A DNA stretch of 55,819 bases from Candidatus Micrarchaeota archaeon. Its GTDB lineage: Archaea > Micrarchaeota > Micrarchaeia > Burarchaeales > Fermentimicrarchaeaceae. Below are positions 43,448 through 52,690 of this stretch, piece by piece; the stretch's first letter is position 1; each line of letters begins with the position of its first letter. The DNA lies in the NCBI GenBank assembly GCA_013425335.1, contig JACCLG010000012.1:1-55819 (forward strand). Reading direction: 5' to 3'. The notes under the pieces were generated by a model, which made no database searches, had not been told where the DNA came from, and saw only the letters and a program-made list of their open reading frames with translations. The position numbers and the translations under genes were made by a program.

Positions 43448-44401
43448 ATGGAACTTTCATTCTACAGCAAGTACCCATTCACAAGGGGAGCCAAGGAGCT
43501 GATGAGCTCTGCCAAGGTAAGAGATGAGTTTCAGCTCATGGGAATCGCAAAGAGAAGGGTAGTTGACGCAATTGGGAAGGGGAAGATTCCGCTCATGAGC
43601 GTGGAGCTTGACGACTCGCAGCTTCTGCTTCAAGTTGCATCGTATGCAGTGAGCAGAATGATTGTTTCCTTGCTGAAGAGCAGGTACTACGTAAACAGGT
43701 ATGCAATTGCAGAGGCGAAGAGGGCCAGCTCCTACATGGCAAGCGACAGTGATGAGAATGTGCTCTCTGTTGCCAGGGAGCTCGGAGTGGAATGCGAGAT
43801 TGACAATTACTACTCCGTGAGCTTCCAAGATTACCTGAGGTATGCCCCTAAGTCTGTTGACTACAAGCTTGTGAACAGGAGGCTTTCAAGAGGCAGGGTG
43901 ATGCTCAGAAGAGACGAGTTCGTAAGGATTCTTGAAGAGGCGGTGAAGCTCAAAATAGAGTCTGAGCTCCCCCTAAAAACTGAGGGAATACCGGCAGATA
44001 TAAATGAGGCTGCAGAGGAGGTGAGGAGGAGCATCCCCAAGGAGCCTCAGCCGGTAGCTGTATCAATTGAGAATGGGGAGTTTGCTCCCTGCATGAAAAA
44101 GCTCCTTGAGGATTTGAAGACTGTGGAGAACCTCAGCCACACGGCAAGGTGGGCTTTGGCGGTATACATGCTCAACATAGGCATGAAGGTTGACGAGGTT
44201 GTCAAGCTGTTCTCCACATCACCGGATTTTGACGAGTCTGTCACAAGGTACCAAGTAGAGCATGCAGCGAAGAGGGGCTACAAGACGCCAAGCTGCGCCA
44301 GCATGGATTCATATGGACTCTGCGTATCGAACTGCGGCGTCAAAAGCCCTTTGGCGTACAGGAGGGGTGTATTTGGAAAATCTCCAGCTAAGCATGACTA
44401 A
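43448..44401 (+). CDS. priL: DNA primase large subunit PriL
   Basis: C-terminal Fe-S domain with APCMKKLL..NLSHTARWAL..PSCASM..GLCVSNC. Confidence 0.85.
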   Translation: MELSFYSKYPFTRGAKELMSSAKVRDEFQLMGIAKRRVVDAIGKGKIPLMSVELDDSQLLLQVASYAVSRMIVSLLKSRYYVNRYAIAEAKRASSYMASDSDENVLSVARELGVECEIDNYYSVSFQDYLRYAPKSVDYKLVNRRLSRGRVMLRRDEFVRILEEAVKLKIESELPLKTEGIPADINEAAEEVRRSIPKEPQPVAVSIENGEFAPCMKKLLEDLKTVENLSHTARWALAVYMLNIGMKVDEVVKLFSTSPDFDESVTRYQVEHAAKRGYKTPSCASMDSYGLCVSNCGVKSPLAYRRGVFGKSPAKHD

Positions 44402-45542
44402 CCCTGAGGAGATGTATGTAAGGAGCAAGTTCAGGGAGCACTACGAGAAGGCAGAGGTGCAGGCTCCTGGGGAGATTGAGAAAAGGGAGTGGGGAGTTGG
44501 AGGGTGGGAGAGGAAGATAGAGGCAAGGCATATGCGCATGGCAAATCCGCAGGAGCTCGGGGGCAGGCTTGTGATGGATGCGCCGCTTTTCATTTCCTAT
44601 TCCGTCGCATACTACGAATTCCCGGACATGCGCCCCATGGAGAGGAAGAACTGGCTTGGGGCGGATTTGGTTTTTGACCTTGATGCAGACCACCTGGAGC
44701 TGCCGTGCAAGAACAGGCACGGGTCAAAATGGGTTTGCGAGGAATGCCTCAATGCGGTTAAAGATGAAAGCATCAAGCTCATAGAGCAGTTCCTCATCCC
44801 GGACTTTGGCTTTTCAAAAAAGGAAATTGGGCTGAACTTCTCCGGGAACAGGGGGTATCACATACATGTAACTGACAAGTCTGTGAGGGAGTTACGAGCC
44901 TACGCCAGGAGGGAGATAGTAGATTATTTGACAGGCACTGGGATTGACTTTAACTCAATGGGATTTGAATGGGTGCCTGTCCCCGGGAGGAGGGAGAGCA
45001 AACTGCTCGGGCCGGCACCAACAGATCCGGCATGGCAGGGGAGGATTGCACAGCTCGTCAGCAAGCTTGTTTCGGAGAGAAAGCTTGAGGAAGTTGGAGT
45101 CAGCGAGAGAGACGCAAGAAGGGTATACAAGAAGAGCGAGCAGTTCCTCACATCCATAAGGAGCGGCAAGTGGGATGCAGTCAAGCTTGACAAGAAGGAG
45201 CTGTTCTGGAGGGATGTGGTGGGAAAGCTTGGGGTTAAGCTGGGTGACAGGATAGACCAGAACGTCACAGCCGACGCGAGCAAGCTCATAAGGCTGCCGG
45301 ACAGCCTGCATGGAGAAAGCGCGATGCTTGCAAAGAAGATTAGCAGCATTGACAGGTTCGACCCGCTGAAGGATGCGGTGGTTTTCGGAAAGCAACCAGT
45401 AAGGATTAAAATCAAGAAGGCACCAGAATTTAGGCTAGGTGAACAGACCTTCGGCCCCTTCAAGGATGAGGAGAAGGAGCTGCCGGAGTACGCAGCTTTG
45501 TTTTTGCTTTGCAAGAAGGAGGCAGTGCTATGGAAGAGTTGA
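44394..45542 (+). CDS. priS: DNA primase small (catalytic) subunit PriS
   Basis: Catalytic LVFDLDADH and the Zn motif CKNRHGSKWVCEEC. The ATG at 44394 overlaps the priL stop by 8 nt. Confidence 0.88.
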   Translation: MTNPEEMYVRSKFREHYEKAEVQAPGEIEKREWGVGGWERKIEARHMRMANPQELGGRLVMDAPLFISYSVAYYEFPDMRPMERKNWLGADLVFDLDADHLELPCKNRHGSKWVCEECLNAVKDESIKLIEQFLIPDFGFSKKEIGLNFSGNRGYHIHVTDKSVRELRAYARREIVDYLTGTGIDFNSMGFEWVPVPGRRESKLLGPAPTDPAWQGRIAQLVSKLVSERKLEEVGVSERDARRVYKKSEQFLTSIRSGKWDAVKLDKKELFWRDVVGKLGVKLGDRIDQNVTADASKLIRLPDSLHGESAMLAKKISSIDRFDPLKDAVVFGKQPVRIKIKKAPEFRLGEQTFGPFKDEEKELPEYAALFLLCKKEAVLWKS

Positions 45543-46087
45543 GCTATGACGAACTCAGGAAGATACAGGCCAGGGAGAGGGCAAGCCCTGTTCTGCAGAG
45601 CATACCTGAAGGATTCTACGCCTCAGTGGTGAAGCTCATAAGCAAGAAGAATGAGGGCTTGAAGAGCAGCTTCAGCCTCACGGAAGCAAGGGAATACGAG
45701 AGCATCCTGAAGGTTGCGGAGGACATCCATGAAAGGAGGATGCAGAAGATAGTGCTCCGTGCCATGAAATCCGGGGGAGGGCAGGAGGAAATAGCCCTCA
45801 CTGGGGAGGAGGCTGAGCTTTTCGAAAAGATAAGCAAGGCGGTTTCAGAGGACAGGGAGGGATTCAACGGCATGATTGGAGGCAAGGAGAGCAAGGCTGG
45901 CGAGGAAAGGATTAAAAGGATTAAAATTTTAAAAAACCTTCCTAAGTTTGTTGGGACTGACTTGAAGGTTTACGGTCCTTTTAAGGAAGGAGAAATGATA
46001 GAGCTGCCGGAAAAGGAGGCGCAGCTTCTTGTGAACAGAGGAATTGCAGAGCAGATAGGGGGTGTCTCGAATGAAGTTTCCAAATGA
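45530..46087 (+). CDS. GINS subunit (Gins51-like)
   Basis: LSYDELRKIQARERASPVLQSIPEGFY.. and the C-terminal ..VGTDLKVYGPFKEGEMIELPEKEAQLLVNRGIAE match archaeal Gins51. It sits after priS, as in many archaea. Confidence 0.75.
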   Translation: MEELSYDELRKIQARERASPVLQSIPEGFYASVVKLISKKNEGLKSSFSLTEAREYESILKVAEDIHERRMQKIVLRAMKSGGGQEEIALTGEEAELFEKISKAVSEDREGFNGMIGGKESKAGEERIKRIKILKNLPKFVGTDLKVYGPFKEGEMIELPEKEAQLLVNRGIAEQIGGVSNEVSK

Positions 46088-46352
46088 AATAAACGCATAC
46101 TGCCCGAAGTGCAGGAAGAAGACGAAGAACAAGGTGAGGATGGCATCTAAGGGAAGGCCCAGGAGCAGCGCCTGGGGTAACAGGCAGCACGAGAGAACAA
46201 TAATGGGATATGTGGGCAAGGTTGCAGGAGAGAAGGCTGTGAAGAAGCTAGGCAAGAAGCAGAAGGTAATCCTGGAATGTTCAGTCTGCAAGAAGAAGCA
46301 GGAGAGGATTATTGGAAAAAGGACCAGCAAGAAGCTTGAGCTGAAGAGCTGA
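46071..46352 (+). CDS. rpl44e: Ribosomal protein L44e (eL42)
   Basis: MKFPNEINAYCPKCRKKT..LECSVCKKK. Confidence 0.9.
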   Translation: MKFPNEINAYCPKCRKKTKNKVRMASKGRPRSSAWGNRQHERTIMGYVGKVAGEKAVKKLGKKQKVILECSVCKKKQERIIGKRTSKKLELKS

Positions 46353-46363
46353 GGTGAGTTTTG

Positions 46364-46522
46364 ATGAGCAGATTTTTGAGAGTGAAATGCGAGTGCGGGA
46401 ACGAGCAGAACATATTCGGCAACTCCAGCAGCAGTGTGAGGTGCATCGTATGCAACAAGGTGCTGGCTGAGCCGACAGGCTCGAGGGCAAAGGTGCACGG
46501 AAAGATACTGAAGGTTTTGTGA
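46364..46522 (+). CDS. rps27e: Ribosomal protein S27e (eS27)
   Basis: Hand translation gives MSRFLRVKCECGNEQNIFGNSSSSVRCIVCNKVLAEPTGSRAKVHGKILKVL. GAGGTGA lies upstream. It is below the ORF-track cut-off. Confidence 0.88.
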   Translation: MSRFLRVKCECGNEQNIFGNSSSSVRCIVCNKVLAEPTGSRAKVHGKILKVL

Positions 46523-46530
46523 GTGGGCAA

Positions 46531-47316
46531 ATGAACCAGAAGGATAACCCAGAGCTGGATGAGTTCGTAATTGCTACCGTGAGGAAGATACTTCCCTATG
46601 GGGCTTTCTGCACCCTTGACGAGTACGGAGACAGGGAGGCATTCATCCACATATCTGAAGTTGCATCAAGGTGGATAAAGAACATCCATGAGTTCCTCAA
46701 GGAGGGCCAGAAGGTCGTTGCCAGGGTCTTCAGGATGGTTCCGGAGAAGAACCAGATAGACCTCTCGCTGAAGAGGGTGAGCGACATCGACAGAAGGAGG
46801 AAGATTGAGAGCTACAGGAAGGAGAAGAGAGCTGCCAAGCTCTTTGAGCTCGTGGAGAAGAGGATTGGCAAGCCGCATGAGCAGGTCTGGAGGGATATGG
46901 GGGAGGTGCTTGTTGAGAAATTCGGCACGCTTTACTCTGCCTTTGAGGAGGCGGTTATGAGCGAGTGCTCCCTGGATTCCATAAAGGCCCCGGAGGAGTG
47001 GAAGAGTATATTCAAGGAAGTTGCTGCGCAGAACATAAAGAAGCCCAGGGTCAGGATAACTGGCACATTGACATTAACCTGCAATGATGCTGACGGCATT
47101 GAGATAATAAAGAGAGTGCTACACGGAGCTGTGGAAGGCCTTGGCGTTGAGGAAGAGGCCCGTGTGACGTATCTTGGGGCACCAAGGTACATGGTTGCCG
47201 TGACTGCTCCTGATTACAAGAAAGCCGAGAAGGCTGTTGCGACGGTGTTCAAGAATGTAAAGGACGGGATAGAGGAAAAGCAAGGATGCGCGACATTTGA
47301 GAGAGAGGAAAAATAG
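46531..47316 (+). CDS. eif2a: Translation initiation factor 2 subunit alpha (aIF2-alpha)
   Basis: S1 domain ELDEFVIATVRKILPYGAFCTLDEY..AFIHISEVASRWIKNI, followed by the helical and alpha-beta domains. Confidence 0.9.
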   Translation: MNQKDNPELDEFVIATVRKILPYGAFCTLDEYGDREAFIHISEVASRWIKNIHEFLKEGQKVVARVFRMVPEKNQIDLSLKRVSDIDRRRKIESYRKEKRAAKLFELVEKRIGKPHEQVWRDMGEVLVEKFGTLYSAFEEAVMSECSLDSIKAPEEWKSIFKEVAAQNIKKPRVRITGTLTLTCNDADGIEIIKRVLHGAVEGLGVEEEARVTYLGAPRYMVAVTAPDYKKAEKAVATVFKNVKDGIEEKQGCATFEREEK

Positions 47317-47318
47317 AT

Positions 47319-47483
47319 ATGGAAAGGCTGAGAAAGTGCATCAAATGCGGGGTATACACCATGAGGGAGCAATGTCCGAAATGCGGCGGGGAGACGCGCA
47401 TGGCGCACCCCCCGAAATTCTCTCCAGAGGACAAGTACGGGAAGTATAGGAGGAGGGCGAGGTTCGGTTTGGAGGCGATCTGA
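47319..47483 (+). CDS. nop10: H/ACA RNP protein Nop10
   Basis: Hand translation gives MERLRKCIKCGVYTMREQCPKCGGETRMAHPPKFSPEDKYGKYRRRARF. It overlaps the next gene by 1 nt (TGATG). Confidence 0.88.
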   Translation: MERLRKCIKCGVYTMREQCPKCGGETRMAHPPKFSPEDKYGKYRRRARFGLEAI

Positions 47484-48256
47484 TGAAGGGCACCATAGTG
47501 ATCTCAAAGAAAGGGGTTAAGCTGAAGAATCCCATCCTGCTGGAGGGGCTGCCGGGCATAGGGCTCGTGGGCAAGCTGGCAACAGAGCATCTCATAAAGG
47601 AGCTCAAGGCAGAGAAAGTCGCGGAAATTTACTCGGAGCATTTTCCGCACCAGGTCCTCATGCTCAAGAAAGGCACTCTCAGGATGCTGAAGAACAGGAT
47701 ATACGCATGGAAGAACCCAAAGAAAGGAGGAAACGACTTGCTCATGCTGGTTGGGGACATACAGGCCATAACCCCAGAGGCGCAGTACGAAGTATGCAAT
47801 GTGATACTCGACTACTTTGAAAAGATGAAGGGCAAGAGGATATACACCCTGGGCGGCTACGGAGTCGGCAAGATTGTTGAGGACCCAAGGGTGCTGGGCT
47901 CTGCAACGCACAAGGAAGTTGTGGAGGAGCTCAGGAAGTACGGAGTTGTATTCGGGGAGGCAAACGGCTCAATAATAGGAGCTGCCGGCCTTCTGCTTGG
48001 GCTCGGCAAGATAAGGAGGATGAGCGGGGCATGCCTCATGGGCGAAACCCACGGCGGCTACATTGACGCCAAATCCGCAAAGAGCGTTGTGAAGGTTCTT
48101 GCAAAGATACTCAACATAAAGGTTGATTTGAACAAGTTTGATGAAAGGGTGAAGGAGACTGAGAACTTCATGAAGAGGATGGAGAAGGAGATTGAAAAAC
48201 AGAAAGGCGGGGGAGAGGGAGCGATGAGGGGGGACGATCTGAGCTACATACGATGA
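47483..48256 (+). CDS. PAC2-family proteasome assembly chaperone-like protein (COG1938)
   Basis: NPILLEGLPGIGLVGKLATEHL.. matches the family. It sits after nop10, as in many archaea. Confidence 0.72.
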   Translation: MKGTIVISKKGVKLKNPILLEGLPGIGLVGKLATEHLIKELKAEKVAEIYSEHFPHQVLMLKKGTLRMLKNRIYAWKNPKKGGNDLLMLVGDIQAITPEAQYEVCNVILDYFEKMKGKRIYTLGGYGVGKIVEDPRVLGSATHKEVVEELRKYGVVFGEANGSIIGAAGLLLGLGKIRRMSGACLMGETHGGYIDAKSAKSVVKVLAKILNIKVDLNKFDERVKETENFMKRMEKEIEKQKGGGEGAMRGDDLSYIR

Positions 48257-48258
48257 AC

Positions 48259-48393
48259 GCGGCCGTAATCTAGAGGCATTGGCATATGCCCGTGCCGGAT
48301 AACCTGGTGGGCTTGAAGCTTCGGCTGACAGCCCGGGAAGTAGGATCTGAGCTTCCCAAGCTCATTGCCCGGGTTCAAATCCCGGCGGCCGCA
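48259..48393 (+). tRNA. tRNA-Gly (anticodon CCC) with a ~58-nt insertion (putative non-canonical intron) in the D-loop
   Basis: Acceptor GCGGCCG/CGGCCGC plus A, D-stem ATCT/GGAT, intact anticodon arm TGAGC-TTCCCAA-GCTCA, T-arm CCGGG-TTCAAAT-CCCGG. The extra segment at about 48274-48331 contains hairpins (GGCAT/ATGCC; AGC-TTCG-GCT). The exact junctions are ambiguous. Confidence 0.7.
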
Positions 48394-48407
48394 CTTATGG
48401 TGAGGGA

Positions 48408-50153
48408 ATGGGAAAGCTTGTAAAATTCGCAATTGTGGTTCTGCTCCTAGCGCTGCCCTTGTATGCAGGTGTGGCGTCCATGCAGGTGCCTGCAGTCTTC
48501 ACGACACACGGTGGGGAGCTGGTCACGCTTGAGGTTGAGATAAGGGCGGGCACAGGCGAGGTATATGTGGCAACAAGACCGCTTGTGGGAATCCAGACCC
48601 AGGATTCGGCAAGAACTGCCTTCACAGTGGCAAGAAGCGTTGAAGGAGTTGGGGATACCTACGATGCGCTTATCCGCATGAGGGACCAGACAGGCTCCGC
48701 ATCTGTTGACGGGCCGAGCGCCGGGGCGGCGATGACGCTGCTCATGCTGTCCATATTCGAGAACAAGAGTGTGAGGGACGATCTTACAATGACCGGCACC
48801 ATTGAAAGCGGCGGAACTGTGGGTGCAGTCGGATCGGTTGGGGAGAAGACAAGGGCCGCCGTTGACGAGGGGATGAAGGTCATACTTATACCAACGGATT
48901 CTGATGTGTTTGACAAGATGATTTTGAGCGTACTGAGCAAGAGATGGAACATATCTATAATAGAAGTGAGCAATATAAGCGATGCGGAGGGGCGGGCATT
49001 CAGCTTGAAGAATGTCACACTCCAGAGCAATATCATGGAGGTCAAGCAAAGGTCTCCAGTGAACGTTACGGCAACTGGAATCAACTGCACAAACTGCCAC
49101 ATTGACGAGTTCAAGGCCCTTGCCAGTAACATAATTGAAGAAAACCGCGCGCTGCTTGATGAGGTCAGCAGCCAGAACAGGAGCGAGTTCTCTAGCTTCA
49201 TAAAAATGATAGAGGTTGACATTGAGGATTCTGAAAATGCAGAGAGTTGGAACTACCCCTACACCGGGGCGAACTCTGCATTCCTCACGGCAATAAACCT
49301 GAACTTCCTGAAAGACAGCAATATCACGTATGACATGTTCATGAGCCGCATGCTTGATGTGGGCAAGTGCATAAACAGTACAAACAGGCCCCAGATGACT
49401 GCGGATAATTTCGAGTGGATTGCAGGGGGGGATGAGAGGCTGGCGTGGTCGAGGAAGAGGCTCAATGAGATATCCAGCCAGAACTACTCGAGTGGTGATG
49501 ATGAGACGATTCTCCTGCAGTACAAGCAACTCCTGACTGCAGAGAGCTGGTGCAGGGTTTCACAGGATATGTATTCCTTTGCAGACATGATTGGCGGGGT
49601 TCCTGTGAATGAGAGCAACCTCAGGGCATTCGCAGCAGGAAAGATAGCCGAGGCGGATTCCAAGGTCAAGACATTCGGCGGCGCAGACTTTGGCGATGCG
49701 GCATGGCGCTTTGAGGCTGCAAAGGACGAGTTCAATAAAACCTTATTCGTGGCAGCCGTATTCGATTCCGAATATCTTATAGGCACCATACAATCCGTAA
49801 ACAGTACTACGAACATAGCGAGCTTCTTAAGCACGGAGTTTGGGTCCGCAAAATCATGGCACGGGATGTGGGCTGCGCTCTACGACAACCATGCTAGGTA
49901 TGTGCACCTTGCGGCGCCTGGCGCTGCTACGACCTCAATTATACTTGAGAATTACGCCAATCTTCTTGACAACGACACTGTGAAAATGAAGGAGCTTTTG
50001 GAGACTCCTGCGGTTGTGCCTACGGGAAATGTTACTGGCACCGTTGTGCAGACAGCCGTAAACTATGACAATGATCTCGCGCTACTCCTGATATTCTGCG
50101 TCATTATAGCAATATTCCTCAACCTTGTCCAGCTTTTCAAATCACCTGAGTGA
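48408..50153 (+). CDS. Secreted, C-terminally anchored protein with an N-terminal Lon-type (S16) protease domain
   Basis: Signal peptide, Ser context VDGPSAGAAM, Lys context GSVGEKTRAAVDEGMKVILIP. It has no AAA module. A ~380-aa sequon-rich region and a terminal TM helix follow. Confidence 0.75.
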   Translation: MGKLVKFAIVVLLLALPLYAGVASMQVPAVFTTHGGELVTLEVEIRAGTGEVYVATRPLVGIQTQDSARTAFTVARSVEGVGDTYDALIRMRDQTGSASVDGPSAGAAMTLLMLSIFENKSVRDDLTMTGTIESGGTVGAVGSVGEKTRAAVDEGMKVILIPTDSDVFDKMILSVLSKRWNISIIEVSNISDAEGRAFSLKNVTLQSNIMEVKQRSPVNVTATGINCTNCHIDEFKALASNIIEENRALLDEVSSQNRSEFSSFIKMIEVDIEDSENAESWNYPYTGANSAFLTAINLNFLKDSNITYDMFMSRMLDVGKCINSTNRPQMTADNFEWIAGGDERLAWSRKRLNEISSQNYSSGDDETILLQYKQLLTAESWCRVSQDMYSFADMIGGVPVNESNLRAFAAGKIAEADSKVKTFGGADFGDAAWRFEAAKDEFNKTLFVAAVFDSEYLIGTIQSVNSTTNIASFLSTEFGSAKSWHGMWAALYDNHARYVHLAAPGAATTSIILENYANLLDNDTVKMKELLETPAVVPTGNVTGTVVQTAVNYDNDLALLLIFCVIIAIFLNLVQLFKSPE

Positions 50154-50157
50154 GCGG

Positions 50158-51363
50158 ATGCATTCCTCAAAAGATATAACAGGAAGCAAGGGCAGTGAGC
50201 TTAAGGGCAGAAGGATTGCCCTGTGCATATGCGGCAGCGTCGCTGCGGTCAAGTCCCCTGAACTGGCGAGGGAGCTCATGAGGCACGGAGCTGAAGTGCT
50301 GCCTGTGATGAGCTATGCCGCAACCGGAATGATACGGCCCGAGCTCATGCACTGGGCGACCGGCAATGTTCCGGTGACAAAGCTCAGCGGGGATGCGGAG
50401 CATCTCATGCTCTGCGGCAGGCAGAAAAGCAGGGCAGACCTTGTCATCGTGGCTCCTGCAACAGCCAGCATCATAGGGAAGCTTGCAAGCGGAATTGACG
50501 ATACCCCCATAGCGACAATACTCATAACCGCGCTCGGAAGCAGGATACCAATTATAATTGCGCCTGCAATGCACCTGTCAATAGGAGAGAACCCTGTCGT
50601 GAGAGAGAACATAAAAAGGCTGAAAGCCCTGGGGGTGGAGTTCGTTGAGCCGGCAAAGAGCGAGGGAAAGGCAAAGATGGCTGATATTGACCTGATAACC
50701 TCTCTTGCCATGAGGATGCTGTACAAGAAGGATTTAATGGGAAAAAGGGTCCTTGTAACTGCCGGTGCCACCAGAGAGTATATAGACGACATACGCTTCA
50801 TTTCCAACCCGAGCAGCGGGAGGATGGGCGTGGAGCTTGCAAGAGAGGCATACCTCAGGGGAGCGGACGTGCTCCTTCTCTACGGGCATGTGGATGTGGA
50901 GCTGCCCAGGTGCATACGCAGCAAGCATGCTGAAACAACAGAGGACATGCACCGCGAGGTGCTGGCAAACTTGAGGGGAAACGACATCGTTGTCCTCGCA
51001 GCAGCCCCTGCGGACTTTGCCCCGAAGAAGAGGAAGGGCAAAATCTCCTCAAATGCATCTCTGAAGCTCACGTTGCGCCCTGTGCCGAAAATAAGCGATG
51101 CAATTAAGAGATTCAAGAAGTCAGCTAAGCTCATATTGTTCAAGGCAGAGAGCCATGTCACGGAATCTGAGATGAAGAGGATTGCACTCAAGAAGCTCAG
51201 GGCATGCAATGCTGATATGATAATTGCAAATGATGTCGGCAAGCACGGCACGGGGTTTGCGAGTGAAACGAATGAGGTCATGCTGATAAAGCCCGACGGC
51301 TCTGTCAAGAAAGCTAAGGGAAAGAAATCCGAGATAGCAAAACTGGTTTTTGATTCCTTCTAG
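50158..51363 (+). CDS. coaBC: Bifunctional phosphopantothenoylcysteine decarboxylase / phosphopantothenate-cysteine ligase
   Basis: Flavoprotein domain ([26 protein letters not shown]) followed by the CoaB domain ([22 protein letters not shown]). Confidence 0.88.
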   Translation: MHSSKDITGSKGSELKGRRIALCICGSVAAVKSPELARELMRHGAEVLPVMSYAATGMIRPELMHWATGNVPVTKLSGDAEHLMLCGRQKSRADLVIVAPATASIIGKLASGIDDTPIATILITALGSRIPIIIAPAMHLSIGENPVVRENIKRLKALGVEFVEPAKSEGKAKMADIDLITSLAMRMLYKKDLMGKRVLVTAGATREYIDDIRFISNPSSGRMGVELAREAYLRGADVLLLYGHVDVELPRCIRSKHAETTEDMHREVLANLRGNDIVVLAAAPADFAPKKRKGKISSNASLKLTLRPVPKISDAIKRFKKSAKLILFKAESHVTESEMKRIALKKLRACNADMIIANDVGKHGTGFASETNEVMLIKPDGSVKKAKGKKSEIAKLVFDSF

Positions 51364-51791
51364 CGTCTCCTGAATTTTTCCAGCTTTTTCAGCAACTCGG
51401 GATTGCTCGTTGCAAGAATTTCAACTGCAAGAATTGCGGCGTTTTTTCCTCCATCTATCGATACTGTGGCAACAGGCACCCCGCTGGGCATCTGCATCGT
51501 GCTAAGCAACGCGTCAAGACCGTCAAGCTTCACATTCACAGGAACGCCTATGACTGGGGTTGTTACTCTTGAGGCGATGAAGCCCGGCAGCGCTGCTGAA
51601 AGCCCTGCTATGGCTATAATCACCTTTGCATCCGCACCTACGATTATATCCTCAACTTTGCTGGGAGCTCTGTGAGCAGACGCCACATGAAACTCGCATG
51701 AGACCCCGAACTCCTTCAGCACGGCAACTGCATCGTCAGCTATTTTCTTATCGCTGTTGCTTCCTGCAATAATCAACACATCAGCCATCAA
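51360..51791 (-). CDS. purE: AIR carboxylase / N5-CAIR mutase PurE
   Basis: [31 protein letters not shown]. Confidence 0.9.
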   Translation of the reverse strand: MMADVLIIAGSNSDKKIADDAVAVLKEFGVSCEFHVASAHRAPSKVEDIIVGADAKVIIAIAGLSAALPGFIASRVTTPVIGVPVNVKLDGLDALLSTMQMPSGVPVATVSIDGGKNAAILAVEILATSNPELLKKLEKFRRR

Positions 51792-52681
51792 ACCACCTCA
51801 AACTTCTTCCCAGTTATAATTTCGTATGCTTCAATATATCTCTTACTGGTTCCGTCAACAACTTCAGGAGGCAGCACCGGCGCCGGGGGCCTCTTGTCCC
51901 AGTTTATGGACTCCAAGTAGTCCCTCACAGGCTGCTTGTCAAAGCTTTTCTGAGGCCCTCCAGGAGAATAGGAGTCTGCAGGCCAGAACCTTGAGGAGTC
52001 GGGAGTGAGCATCTCATCGATAACTAGCAACTGCCTGTTAAGAGTTCCAAACTCGAATTTCGTGTCTGCTATGATTATGCCGTTCCTCCTAGCCTTCTCA
52101 GAGGCTTTCTCATATATTTTCAGGCTGGCTTCCTTCAGCTCTGCGGCAACATCGCTTCCCACGAGCTTTTCCAGCTCGGCCTGGCTTATGTTCAGGTCAT
52201 GCCCTGCCTCTGCCTTTGTTGACGGAGTGAATATTGGCTCTGGAAGCTTCCCAGATTCGAGCATCCCTTTCGGCAGGGGGATTCCGCAGACCTCTCCTTT
52301 TTTCTGGTAATCCTTCCACGCAGAGCCGGAAAGGTAGCCGCGCACAATAAATTCTGCATGTATCGGCTGCGTCTTCCTGATGAGCATTGTCCTTCCTTTG
52401 AGTATGCTGGAGAACTTCCGGGCTTCCTCTGGGAAGTCTTTCACATCTATTGAGATGAGGTGGTTGGGCATGATATCTTTTGTATAGTTGAACCAGAATG
52501 CGGAAAGCTGGTTGAGCACCGCCCCCTTGTGGGGTATGCCGTTTGGGAGGACAACATCAAAAGCGGATATTCTGTCGGTTGCAATCATCAGCAGCCTATC
52601 CCCTATTTCATAGGTGTCGCGCACCTTGCCCCTGCTGAAGAGCTTCAGCCCCTTCAAATCAGTCTTCAGAATCGCACTCAT
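51788..52681 (-). CDS. purC: SAICAR synthetase
   Basis: [25 protein letters not shown].. Translationally coupled to purE by a 4-nt overlap. Confidence 0.9.
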   Translation of the reverse strand: MSAILKTDLKGLKLFSRGKVRDTYEIGDRLLMIATDRISAFDVVLPNGIPHKGAVLNQLSAFWFNYTKDIMPNHLISIDVKDFPEEARKFSSILKGRTMLIRKTQPIHAEFIVRGYLSGSAWKDYQKKGEVCGIPLPKGMLESGKLPEPIFTPSTKAEAGHDLNISQAELEKLVGSDVAAELKEASLKIYEKASEKARRNGIIIADTKFEFGTLNRQLLVIDEMLTPDSSRFWPADSYSPGGPQKSFDKQPVRDYLESINWDKRPPAPVLPPEVVDGTSKRYIEAYEIITGKKFEVV

Positions 52682-52690
52682 ATTTCCACC

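Noticed and set aside
48245-48256. A C-terminal HbYX proteasome-docking motif in the PAC2-like protein
   Set aside because: The protein ends ..LSYIR, so the Tyr is at -3 rather than -2. It does not fit HbYX strictly, and I make no claim.
48244-48432. 62-aa minus-strand ORF
   Set aside because: It lies entirely over the tRNA-Gly gene and the start of the S16 protease gene.
48447-49529. 360-aa minus-strand ORF, the longest antisense ORF in the window
   Set aside because: The plus strand encodes an unmistakable Lon-type protease domain with a signal peptide. The antisense product is Arg/His/Cys-rich with no motifs.
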